In this document: piece by piece, positions 1 to 9,669 of the stretch | Layout of the letters: the number at the start of each line of letters is the position of its first letter | Position numbering within the stretch: the stretch's first letter is position 1 | Source: Planctomycetales bacterium | GTDB lineage: Bacteria > 4484-113 | Reading direction: 5' to 3' | DNA: 18,205 nucleotides | Assembly (NCBI GenBank): GCA_037445915.1 | Contig: JBBIJQ010000039.1 | Span: 1 to 18,205, forward strand | Translations under genes and position numbers: made by a program | The notes under the pieces: model-generated | What the model was told of the DNA's origin: nothing | Databases searched by the model: none | What the model saw: only the letters and a program-made list of their open reading frames with translations

Positions 1-47
1 ATGAACTCAACGTTTTGGATTATATCAGGGAAGTAGTGAAATACATC

Positions 48-77
48 TTGACATACGCAACTGCGCGGAGTAAAACT
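48..77 (+). promoter_or_regulatory. Putative sigma70 promoter of the tetR-efflux operon
   Basis: Perfect -35 TTGACA at 48-53, a 17-nt spacer, then a weak -10-like TAAAAC(T) at 71-77. Confidence 0.55.
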
Positions 78-90
78 GACTGGTCAGTCA
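77..90. promoter_or_regulatory. Putative TetR operator
   Basis: Inverted repeat TGACTG-GT-CAGTCA overlapping the predicted transcription start, just upstream of the tetR ATG. Confidence 0.7.
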
Positions 91-96
91 TCCGGT

Positions 97-726
97 ATGA
101 ACGCCAGGAGGAAACAAACGCCGGAGGACAACGAGCACGGCAAGAGGGCAGCGATTCTGCACGCCGCGTTTGATGTTATCTCCGAGATGGGACTGTATAA
201 GACCACGGTTGAGGCCGTGGCCAAACGCGCGCAGGTAGCGAAGGGGACTGTTTACCTTTACTTTAAGAGCAAGGAAGACTTGTTTGTGGAGATGGTCGTT
301 GACCGACTGGAGCATGCTCATGAGGAAGTTTTAGCGGCGATTGCCGGCGAAGTGGGAACCTGGCCCCGGCTGCGCACCGCAATCCGCATCCACTTCCGCA
401 ACATGCTCACCGTCATGTCGCATTTGATGGTCGGGGAAGGGCTGATGAAGCTTGGCGCAAAGCACTTGCGCAAGCTTGCGAAGGCACGCCAGGCCCACTT
501 GGAGATCTACGAAAAGATATTGGAAGAGCATTTTGCTAAGGAAGGTGAGATGCGCTTTTCGCCCAAGGCAGCCGCGATGGCGCTTACAGGCGGACTTGCC
601 GGTTACATCTTCCAGATGCATGAAAACCGGTTGAGCGTGCCCTCGCCTGAGGAATACTTGAAAACATTTGAGGCTATTGTTTATGCGGCGCTCATAGGAG
701 ACGCGCCAGGGTCAGATGAACACTAA
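97..726 (+). CDS. TetR/AcrR family transcriptional regulator
   Basis: N-terminal HTH signature ILHAAFDVISEMGLYKTTVEAVAKRAQVAKGTVYLYFKSKEDLF; 209 aa; first gene of an efflux operon. Confidence 0.95.
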   Translation: MNARRKQTPEDNEHGKRAAILHAAFDVISEMGLYKTTVEAVAKRAQVAKGTVYLYFKSKEDLFVEMVVDRLEHAHEEVLAAIAGEVGTWPRLRTAIRIHFRNMLTVMSHLMVGEGLMKLGAKHLRKLAKARQAHLEIYEKILEEHFAKEGEMRFSPKAAAMALTGGLAGYIFQMHENRLSVPSPEEYLKTFEAIVYAALIGDAPGSDEH

Positions 727-2245
727 TCCACGAAAACTCGTTTTATTGCTTGCGATGGTTGCGGTGTCAGCAATGCTGCCCTTGCTTGCGCTGGCGGCGG
801 ATGACGCTGTGCCTATTAGCAAGACGCAGCCTGCAAGCCAGGCAACCATGCTGACAGATGAGGCTTCCCAGGGAGACGACGGAAATGGGCAATCAGACGC
901 CGCTGGCGCTCGGGCCGCCGATGCTGCGCCGTATATCCTTACAGCAGAGGAAATAATCACGCTGGCGCTGGATAACGGCTACGACTTGCGTATTGCGGAG
1001 AAAGAAGCTGAAAGCGCGTGGTTTGAATACCTTAAATACGTGGGGATGGCAGGCGGGTCGCTTGACTTAGTGGGGGCACTAAAGCGAATGGGGCCGGTTT
1101 CCAAGACGCCGCCCATTACGCAAGAAGAGACCGTGCTGAACCTAACCACGCAGTTCTCCTACCCGCTTACCCCGCTGGGAAATTTTAGCTACGGCAAGCT
1201 TGCGGCAAAGTCCGGCTACCAAGCCCGCCTCTCGCAGGTTAATATGGTGCGCGCGCAGACCATTTCTAAGGCATTCGCAGCGTATGTCGCGTACTTGACC
1301 GCTCTCAACGGCTTGAAAGTTGCTGAGGAAGGGATTGCGCTGGCAGAAGAGCAGCTTAAGAACGCGCGGTTCAAGTTTGACAACGATGTCGCCCCGCGCT
1401 TTGAGGTTATCCAAGGCGAAGTAGCGATGTCGCAGGCGCGCGAAGACTTTATCAATGCTAACAACGGCGTTGAACTTGCTTACTCGGCGCTTTACTACAC
1501 AATCGGGATAACGCCTGAGGAGCGTTTCCAGAATACAGAAGTTGAAGTTGAATATGCGGTGGCACTTGACCGTGCAGTGAAATACATTTCAGAGGGCATA
1601 TACCCGAAGCTGGATGCGGCCAGCCTGTATGAGTCCTATGTTGAGAAAACGCCGCAGTTTAGCGCGCTGCAGGGGAAAATCGGGATGTACCATTACCAGG
1701 CGCTAGCCAACCGACGCGCCCCGTACTTTTCGCTTGACGCAGGCTATACGCTCCAGAAGGGCATAACCATGTCTCCAGAGAACTCGTGGTCGTTCGGCAT
1801 CAGCGGGAAGTTCAATTTATGGGATTCGGAGACTACAGAAAGCAAGCAGCGCAGTTTCACAGCTCAAGCAAACGGCGCGAGGCTTGAGCTTGAGCAGTAC
1901 AAGCAGGGTTTCCGGCTCGGCATTGCCAACGCGTTAAGCACGCTTGAGGCGTCCATTGACGGCTACCAGACCGCTGTTAACACGTTGGCGCAGGCTGAGG
2001 AAGGCTTGCGGATGGCCCGGATTGGCTATAAGGAAGGCGTTGTCACGCATGCGGACTTGGTTGGCGCGCGGACAGCGTTTCTCGGCGCAGAGCTTAACGA
2101 GTTCAGCAAGCGCATGGCGGTTGTAACCGGCTACCAAGCGCTGCTGTCACTGCTGGGCGTTGGCGACGAAACGCTTTACCTGCCTACCACTACTTCAGAT
2201 ATCAGCGGCATTGTGAGTGAGGTCATCGGCAATGAAGAGAACTAA
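716..2245 (+). CDS. TolC family outer membrane efflux protein
   Basis: Signal peptide; LTAEEIITLALDNGYDL start of the OEP repeat; helical repeats with RFKFDNDVAPRFEV and RIGYKEGVVTHADL motifs; overlaps the tetR stop. Confidence 0.88.
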   Translation: MNTNPRKLVLLLAMVAVSAMLPLLALAADDAVPISKTQPASQATMLTDEASQGDDGNGQSDAAGARAADAAPYILTAEEIITLALDNGYDLRIAEKEAESAWFEYLKYVGMAGGSLDLVGALKRMGPVSKTPPITQEETVLNLTTQFSYPLTPLGNFSYGKLAAKSGYQARLSQVNMVRAQTISKAFAAYVAYLTALNGLKVAEEGIALAEEQLKNARFKFDNDVAPRFEVIQGEVAMSQAREDFINANNGVELAYSALYYTIGITPEERFQNTEVEVEYAVALDRAVKYISEGIYPKLDAASLYESYVEKTPQFSALQGKIGMYHYQALANRRAPYFSLDAGYTLQKGITMSPENSWSFGISGKFNLWDSETTESKQRSFTAQANGARLELEQYKQGFRLGIANALSTLEASIDGYQTAVNTLAQAEEGLRMARIGYKEGVVTHADLVGARTAFLGAELNEFSKRMAVVTGYQALLSLLGVGDETLYLPTTTSDISGIVSEVIGNEEN

Positions 2246-3530
2246 CGCTGCATCAATCGTCATTATTGTTTCCGCGATTGCCTTTGTGCTACTGCTGGCT
2301 TCCGGGCTGTTCATGGCGCTAAAGAACCGCGCCCAAAAGCCACAAGCTGAAGTGAGCGTTGTTACAGTTGAGACGATAACGGCTGAAGTTAAGCCGTTTA
2401 CCGAAACCTACACTTACACGGGCATAGTCACGGCGGACTTTGACGCAATGGTCGCCGCCCAGGCTGGCGGCAAGGTAAAGAAGGTGCTCGTGAAGGAAGG
2501 GGAAGATGTAACCGCAGGCCAGACGCTCGCGCTGATTGACGACACTGTGTATGTTCAGCAGGCTGCTATCGCCAAGTCCGGATATGAGATGGCGAAGCTG
2601 AGCCTCGTGTCTGCGTCATCTGCCCGTCCCGAGCAGATTGCCCAGGCTCAAGCCCAATACGACGCCTCACAAAGCGCCGCTGAGACCGCCTTCCGCAACT
2701 ACCAGCGCCAGAAAAACCTGTTTGAAGAAGGCGTAGTGAGCCGCGCCGCGCTTGAAGTCGCGGAGCTGCAATACGAGACAGCTAAAGCCCAGTTCACCGC
2801 AGCCAAGGAAAACCTCCGAATCGCAAAGACCGGCGCAAGGGCCGAAGACCGTAGAGTGTTGCAGCTTGCGGTTGAGCAAGCTGGCGCCCAGCTAAAGCTG
2901 GCGCAGGTGAACCTGGACTATACACGCATCATTGCCCCGTTTGCAGGGAAGGTCGCTGCCCGGATGATTAACGAAGGAGACTTCGTAGGCCCAGGCACGC
3001 AGGCATACCAAGTAGTCAGCGGGAAGGGAATGAAAGTTGAGATATTTGCGCCGGTTGAGAAAATCGACCTCTTCAAGCCAGGACAGGAAGCCTCCGTGAG
3101 GCTGGGCGGGAGCGAAACTGAATTCAAGGCTCAAGTTGCGCGCATCACTCCTGCTGCTGACCCTAAAACGCGCCTATTCAAGGTTGAGCTTCCGCTTCCA
3201 TTAGATGCACCTGCGCGCCCGCAGCAGTTTGCGGATGTGCGCGTGGAGTGGGTTGTCGGAACTAGCGCGGTCAATTTGCCAGCTATAGCAGTGCTTGGCG
3301 CGGCTTCTGACAGGCCTTACGTATTCATCGTAGAAGGCGGCAAGGCAAAGAAGGTGGAAGTTACCATCGGGCTGCGCAACGGCTCAACTTCGCAAGTCCT
3401 TGAGCCTTTGCGAGGAGGCGAGCAGGTCATCACCGTCGGCCAGACTTTTGTCACGGATGGCACGCCGGTTAGTGTTTCTGGGAACAACGCCGCCAGCGCC
3501 AGTACGGCCAACGAGCAGGCGCTGAGGTAA
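2232..3530 (+). CDS. RND efflux periplasmic adaptor (MFP/HlyD family)
   Basis: N-terminal TM anchor; lipoyl halves GGKVKKVLVKEGEDVTAGQTLALID and IIAPFAGKV; long coiled-coil hairpin; ITPAADPKTRLFKV. ATG 2232 chosen because of SD-like GAGGT upstream. Confidence 0.93.
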   Translation: MKRTNAASIVIIVSAIAFVLLLASGLFMALKNRAQKPQAEVSVVTVETITAEVKPFTETYTYTGIVTADFDAMVAAQAGGKVKKVLVKEGEDVTAGQTLALIDDTVYVQQAAIAKSGYEMAKLSLVSASSARPEQIAQAQAQYDASQSAAETAFRNYQRQKNLFEEGVVSRAALEVAELQYETAKAQFTAAKENLRIAKTGARAEDRRVLQLAVEQAGAQLKLAQVNLDYTRIIAPFAGKVAARMINEGDFVGPGTQAYQVVSGKGMKVEIFAPVEKIDLFKPGQEASVRLGGSETEFKAQVARITPAADPKTRLFKVELPLPLDAPARPQQFADVRVEWVVGTSAVNLPAIAVLGAASDRPYVFIVEGGKAKKVEVTIGLRNGSTSQVLEPLRGGEQVITVGQTFVTDGTPVSVSGNNAASASTANEQALR

Positions 3531-3534
3531 CCAA

Positions 3535-6500
3535 ATGAACATCGCCAATGTTTCCATCCGCCAGCCTGTATTCGTCGTTATGCTTATGGCGTTCTTCGTT
3601 GTCGTCGGCATAGTCTCATGCTCTAAGCTCGGTCTTAATATGCTGCCGAAAGTGAACATACCGTATATCACGGTAACGACTATGTATCCGGGGGCAAGCC
3701 CTGATGTAATAGCCGCTGAAATTACGAAGACAATTGAAGAGAAGGTTGCAGTAGTAGAAGGCATAGACACGCTAACCTCCTACTCAATGGATAGCGTCAG
3801 CATCGTGGTCGTGAAGTTTGTTTCAGGCAAGGACGTGGAGATTGCTGCGCAGGATGTGCGCGACAAGGTCGCACTTGCGCGGAAATACCTTCCCAGCGGC
3901 GTGGACGACCCTATTATCGGCAAAGTAGACATCAACGCAAGGCCGATAATGACCTACACGCTATCCTCCGAGACAATGGGCCTGCGAGAGCTTCGCGATT
4001 ACGCGCGCACGCAGCTGGTTGACAGCCTTCAACAGGTCGGCGGCGTCGCCAGCGTAACAGTGCAAGGCGGCCTTGAGCGCGAGATTCGCGTAATACTTGA
4101 CCCTGCGCGGATGGAAGCTTACAGAGTAAGCCCGCTCATGGCAGGCCAAGCGCTTGTGGCGACCAACGTCAACATCCCGGCAGGGACAATCAGGCAGGGC
4201 GGAGTAGAGTACGCCATGCGCCAGCCAAGTGAATACCAGAGCGTTGAGGCGATACGCGAGACGGTCGTACTTTCAGAAGATGGAATGATTGTCCGCCTGG
4301 GCGATATTGCCACGATTACCGACAGCCAGAAAGAACAGACTGTCGCTGCCCGCCTAAACGGCGTTAACTCAGTGAACCTGCAGGTCGTCCAGCGCAGCGA
4401 AGCAGATACCGTCTCTACCGCCGAAGGCGTCAAGCACAAAGTGAAGGTTATAGAAGAACATCTGCCTCCGGGCATCAAGATGCGCTTGACTTCAGACTAC
4501 TCGCGATTCGTTGTAAGCGCCCTTGAGGATATCCAGTTCAGCATTATTCTAGGCGCTATATTTGCCAGCTTTTCAGTGTGGCTGTTTGTGGGAATGCTGC
4601 GGCATACGATACCAATTACAATTTCTATTCTAGTCACAGTTATCGCGGCTTACTCGGTAATCAACTTTTCAGGCTTCACCCTCAATTTTATTAGCATGCT
4701 TGCGCTGGCGGTCGCAGTCGCCCTCGTCGTTGACGACGCGATAGTCGTGCAGGAAACCCTGCTGGCGACCGCGAGAGAGCTACGATTGAAGGCGTGCGCG
4801 AAGTATGGCTGGCGGTGCTTGCAGCGACATCAACGCTCATAGCCGTATTCCTCCCGATCGGGTTTATGAGCGGCATCATCGGCCAGTTTTTCAAAGAGTT
4901 TGGCGTCACGGTCGCATCAGCCGTCGCCATTTCGCTGGTCGTATCGCTCTTATTAATTCCGCTCATCTTCTACCACTTCACTACGAGGATTCACCGTAAC
5001 GGCGAGGGCGGCCCGCTTTTGAGGCTGGCAGACTTTATCTCGCGCCTTTTCAATCCAATCCATATTAGCTTCCTTACTGCTTACCTGGCGGTTGAGCGGT
5101 GGTATGAAGGCTTTTTGAGAGATGCCCTGAAGCGGCGCGCTCTTGTCTTGATAATCGCCTTCGGGTTTTTTCTTTTTACAATTCCCCTTCTTAGCCTGGT
5201 CCCGGTCGGCTTCATGCCGCCGTCAGACGAAGGGACGTTTTCCGTTTTTGTGGAGCTGCCCGTTGAAGCGCCTATGGAGTCCACTGACGCGATAGTCCGC
5301 AAAGTTGAGGCGCAGGTTAGGGAACTTCCTGAAGTGGATAGCGTAGTCGCGCTTGTTGGCTCATCTGCTGGCGGGTTTCTTTTTGGAGGAGCTTCGCAGT
5401 CCAATGTCGGCCAGGTTATGGCTGTGATGAATGATAAAAAGGACCGCAAACTTCGCTGGCGCTGGTGGGGAATTATCCCTGTCCCATACCGCTACACGTC
5501 AATGGACCTGATAGAGATGACGCGCACGATGTTTTCAGATATTCCTGGCGCTAAAATCACAGGTTCTGCCGAAGGTGAAGCGGGCGGCCAGCACGCGGTG
5601 CAACTTTCATTCGCCGACGCCGATTACGAGCGCCTGAAGAAAGTGACCGCCAGGGCGCAGGAATTGCTCGCGGCAATTCCTGGCGCAGTCAACGCAGACA
5701 ACTCTGAGCGCCCAGGCAAGCTTGAAATTCGCGTCATCCCCAACCTTCAGAAAATGGCGCAGCTTGGTTTCTCGCCTGCGCAGCTTGGAATGTACCTCCG
5801 CATTCTTTATAACGGCGAGCAGTTTAGCAGCTACCGCGAAGGTGGCGAGGAATACGACATTACCCTGATATTCCCCGAACACCTCCGCCGTGACGTGCAG
5901 TCCATCAAGTCGCTAACCGTCTATTCTTCGCAGCTAGGGAAGTCGGTCGCCCTTGATACAATCGCCGACATCCATCTTGGGCAAGGGACGTCCGTCGTCC
6001 AGAACCTCAACAAGATCCGTTCCATTGATGTTTACTGCGATGTGAAGCAGGGCGTCGGGCCAGGAACGCTGCTCAACGCTTGGCGGGCTCAGATGGAAAA
6101 AGAAAACCTTATTCCTTCAACGATGCAGGTTACCGCAGTCGGCGAGTCCAACATGATTGGCGAGATGTTCCAACAGTTTATATTGGCGATAGTGCTTGGC
6201 ATCATTTTCACCTACATGGTGCTGGCAAGCCAATTCAACTCCTACAGACACTCATTCACTATTATGATGACAGTCCCGCTGGCGACGACCGGCACTGTGC
6301 TTACGATGATAGCCACCGGCAAGTCGCTAAACCTAATGACCTTCCTTGGCATCGTCATGCTTATCGGCCTGGTGACGAAGAACGGCATTCTGCTCGTGGA
6401 TTTCGCAAACCAGGCTCGCGAACGCGGGGAAAGCATTACCGATGCGCTAGTAACAGCAGGCGTTCGCCGCATGCGCCCTATCCTCATGACAAGCTTCACA

Positions 6501-6704
6501 GTGATATTCGCTTTGCTTCCCACGGCGTTTAGCCTTAGCGAAGGTGCGGACATGCGCAGCCCGCTGGCTGTTGCAGTCATCGGCGGCATGCTCTTCTCCA
6601 CGCCGCTTACGCTAATCGTCATTCCTGTTGTGTATTCGGTGATTGATGGCTTCGGCAGCGGCAAGCGCGCGCGAACTTTGCCAGCTCCAGCGGCGCACGA
6701 CTAG
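3535..6704 (+). pseudogene. AcrB/AcrD/AcrF family RND permease, split by a frameshift near 4753-4760 (ORFs 3535-4842 and 4794-6704)
   Basis: The first ORF has MNIANVSIRQPV, YPGASP and VVDDAIVV. The second frame continues ATIEGVREVWLAVLAATST...VFLP, LVTKNGILLVD, RMRPILMTS and PLAVAVIGG. Adding one base would give about 1056 aa. Confidence 0.9.
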
Positions 6705-6745
6705 TATGAATTGTACCGCGGACACGGCGAAAGTATGAAGTGCGA

Positions 6746-6751
6746 TAGAAT
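6746..6751 (+). promoter_or_regulatory. Putative -10 element for a leaderless transcript
   Basis: TAGAAT ends 6 nt before ATG 6758, and there is no Shine-Dalgarno. Confidence 0.45.
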
Positions 6752-6757
6752 AGCGGC

Positions 6758-8461
6758 ATGCCGCAAACGCTTGACCGCACTTTGCTTCGTTTAAGCAAGG
6801 CCGTTTCCTCCATCCCCGGCGGGGCATTGCCCTCCAGCGCTTGGAGGCGCAGCGGCAAGGCGGCTGAGCTTGCGGCGTCGCTGGCGGCGGCAATCGGACT
6901 TAATCCACAAACGCTGCATAATGCGCGCATCCTCTACCCTTTTTTCCACCTGCTAAGCCCTGAGCTTGCGCAGTTACGCTGCGAGCTTCCATCGGCATTG
7001 CGCGGAAGCTGGGACAAGCTGCAAGAAGGCACGCTGATTGCAGCCGGCGCAGACCTCATGCTTTGGCGCGCATGCGCCGAGACGGCATGGGCGGCATTCT
7101 ATTCAGCGGCATCGCCGATGCAGTTCCCCAGCCCATCAGTGCAAGTAACGGTGCAGGAAGGTGCGCCGGTCATTCTCACTCCCCTGAACCTTCCTTGCGC
7201 GAAGATACACATTGCAGAAGCGTTGCGCGGGCGCGTGAGCTGCGGCAGACGCGAAGCGCAGCCCGGCATCGGCGACCGCGTTCTCCTCTGTGGGCACTTT
7301 GACCCGCACGGATTGGCGATGCTCGCGGCGAGCTGGATGCACCTTCGCTCCCTCGGCGCGACGCAGGTGCAGGCGGTTTGCGGCTACACCGAGACCGGCG
7401 ACTACGGGAAGTTCTGGAAGCGCACGCTGCCCAAGCTTGCAGCGGAAGGCTCGTTCACGCACGCCGTTATCGTTGACGTGACGGTTTATGCGCGCGAGCA
7501 CAGCCGCACGATTGACGCGCTCAAGAAAGTGACGAACGCAGGAACAAAGGTGCACCTCGTTGATCACCATCTGGACACGCTTAGCTGCGTGCGCGATATA
7601 ACGCAGGCGGGCGCGGAGGTAGTGCTCGCCGACATCCCCGGCTGTTTTTACGGCAACGGCATTACACCTGCCAATGCACCATACACCGTCATGGGCGGAA
7701 TCGGTGACCGCGAAGTTTCGCTGGGGCTTTGGTTTGAAGAAGGCACCGCGCCCGAATGGGCGAACAATGCCCGCAAGGCGTGCGATGACGCAGCTGCGCT
7801 GATGCACGCGTTATCGCCTCCGCCAAGCGAATTGAAAAGCATGCAGTTATTTCCACTGGACAACCTGCTGGATGCGGCATCACACGGCTTCAACGCGTTC
7901 GCCGCGCAGCTTGCGCAGTATGCGCAGGAGGGCTTCGCGGTTGACATCCCCGGCGAGGAAAAGCCTGAGCGCGCTTGGTTTACACCGCCACAGGATAAGG
8001 CAGATGCGCCGCATGTTGAGGCGGTGCAACTTGGAAAAGTGCTGCTGGTTCCACAGCACATTGAGACGGCTGGCCGCGAATGGTATGAGCAGTTGGAGAA
8101 GCTGCTGGCGGCGAACCCCACGGCGCATTATGCGCTGGCGGGGCGTTACCTGCCGGGCGCGGGGTTCAATTTCCTGTGCTTGAAGGATTGGCGCGACGTT
8201 ACGGTGCCTGCGCCGCTGGCGTTTGTGCCGGAAGACGAGCGCGCACAGACGCTGGGGCATTACGGCGCGTTTTGGTTCAACATCGCCGAAGCCGCCGATG
8301 CCGAGGCGAAGCTCACCGCATTCATCAAAGCCATCAACGCCCACTTCGGCGCTTCCGGCGGCCGCGTCGGCGCTGTAGTGGGCAAGACCATCCTCGGCCT
8401 TGTTGATGCGCGCGCGGATGCGCCCAAAGCCCGCCGCAGCAGCGCCGAACGCGTGTTTTGA
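6758..8461 (+). CDS. Divergent DHH/DHHA1-like phosphoesterase with a degenerate HD-like N-terminal region
   Basis: Motifs in DHH order: LLCGHFDPHG (I), VIVDV (II), LVDHH (III), GGIGD (IV), plus C-terminal LGHYGAF resembling DHHA1 GGHxxA. Confidence 0.6.
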   Translation: MPQTLDRTLLRLSKAVSSIPGGALPSSAWRRSGKAAELAASLAAAIGLNPQTLHNARILYPFFHLLSPELAQLRCELPSALRGSWDKLQEGTLIAAGADLMLWRACAETAWAAFYSAASPMQFPSPSVQVTVQEGAPVILTPLNLPCAKIHIAEALRGRVSCGRREAQPGIGDRVLLCGHFDPHGLAMLAASWMHLRSLGATQVQAVCGYTETGDYGKFWKRTLPKLAAEGSFTHAVIVDVTVYAREHSRTIDALKKVTNAGTKVHLVDHHLDTLSCVRDITQAGAEVVLADIPGCFYGNGITPANAPYTVMGGIGDREVSLGLWFEEGTAPEWANNARKACDDAAALMHALSPPPSELKSMQLFPLDNLLDAASHGFNAFAAQLAQYAQEGFAVDIPGEEKPERAWFTPPQDKADAPHVEAVQLGKVLLVPQHIETAGREWYEQLEKLLAANPTAHYALAGRYLPGAGFNFLCLKDWRDVTVPAPLAFVPEDERAQTLGHYGAFWFNIAEAADAEAKLTAFIKAINAHFGASGGRVGAVVGKTILGLVDARADAPKARRSSAERVF

Positions 8462-8522
8462 CTGCATAGTATGCTTAGGGTATGCGCAAGGCTGAGACAA
8501 ATTGCATTGACAGGAGCGTGAA

Positions 8523-8675
8523 GTGAAGAAGTGGCTCCTCTTTGTCGCCTTCGCCTTTTATCTTAGCCGTTTTTGTTTTCCATATTCACTCCGAATCCCT
8601 TCTCTTTATAGCTGGCCTGCGACTTGCGGCTTACTTCCCTACCCACGGCGATCCTCTTTTCTACTTGCGACATAA
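8523..8675 (+). CDS. Possible 50-aa small hydrophobic protein or gene remnant
   Basis: AGGAG at 8512-8516, GTG at 8523, MKKWLLFVAFAFYLSRF..., TAA at 8673-8675; below the ORF-track cutoff. Confidence 0.25.
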   Translation: MKKWLLFVAFAFYLSRFCFPYSLRIPSLYSWPATCGLLPYPRRSSFLLAT

Positions 8676-8840
8676 ACCTTAAAACAATAGCCACGTGACA
8701 AAGCTAGCTTAACGTTCTATAGTGTATATGCACGTTGCTATTAACAATTAATAAAAGGCTATTATGCGAATTGTATTCAAATCAAGGTGTTGATGGATAA
8801 ATAGCGCGCGATTGTAACCCGCGCTTAGGAAAGCAGTTTC

Positions 8841-9365
8841 ATGGCTATAAAGCGGATTAACAACACTCAAGCAAGACTAACGATTCGGCGTGCCTGTGAA
8901 GGCGACGTTGATAGTATAGTCTCCCTTCATATATCGGCTATCAAATTCATGCGTTCGCTCTGCCCTCCAGGATTTGGCAAGGCAATACAGGCTCCGTTGA
9001 AGCGCAAAGAGATAGAATCTTGGGTAAGCGAAACGCTAGCTGATAAGCGCTCAATCTTTCTCGTATGCGAGACGGGCGGCGAATTTGCAGGTTTTGCTTT
9101 GGGTTCAGTCGAGACATTCAAGGACGATTTGATTGATGCACCTTTTCTGACTGTGGAGTTCGTTGAAACAGAACCGCGCTTTCGCAGGTTAGGCGTAGCC
9201 TGTTCGCTTCTGCAAAGAATGGAACGCATCGCAAAGCGTCGCGGGCTCAAGGCAATTGAACTAACTGCTTGGGCTAATAACGATTCCGCAATACGGCTTT
9301 ATGAAAAGCTAGGCTTTCACACACTGGAAATGCGCTTAGCGAAGCCTCTTAGCTCTATAGAATAG
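8841..9365 (+). CDS. GNAT family N-acetyltransferase
   Basis: TIRRA start, acetyl-CoA motif A (EPRFRRLGVACSLL), NDSAIRLYEKLGF; AGGA SD upstream. Confidence 0.93.
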   Translation: MAIKRINNTQARLTIRRACEGDVDSIVSLHISAIKFMRSLCPPGFGKAIQAPLKRKEIESWVSETLADKRSIFLVCETGGEFAGFALGSVETFKDDLIDAPFLTVEFVETEPRFRRLGVACSLLQRMERIAKRRGLKAIELTAWANNDSAIRLYEKLGFHTLEMRLAKPLSSIE

Positions 9366-9669
9366 GCTGTTGGCCTCGTTTCGCAGACTTAGGCGATGAC
9401 TTGTATCTCGCTTACGGCTTTATAGATACACTTCATTCAAGGCTTCGCGCAAATTAAATCCCAGCAACAATGCATCATAGTACGATTGAACCACCTTAAC
9501 TCCTGATTGCACTGAAGCGTCTTCGACCGAATACCTAAAGAATGAGTTATTTCTCCATTGTGCCATATAATCTCTGAGTGCAGACTCAATCGGACAACTG
9601 GTAGCGGAACATATTCCTGCGAAATGCAGTCTTAGAAATCGTTCGGACCCTCAAGGGAGGAATTGAATT

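Noticed and set aside
4750..4760. Programmed -1 ribosomal frameshift in the RND gene
   Set aside because: The zero-frame codons CAG GAA ACC do not form an X XXY YYZ heptamer, and the loop looks shortened by a deletion.
7136..8500. Antisense ORFs of 223, 157 and 206 aa
   Set aside because: Shadows of the GC-rich DHH-like gene, with no recognisable features.
9590..9640. ZTP or c-di-GMP riboswitch
   Set aside because: The required conserved elements, such as the 3' GCCTGGGC of ZTP or the GEMM GCAAA/GNRA pattern, are absent.
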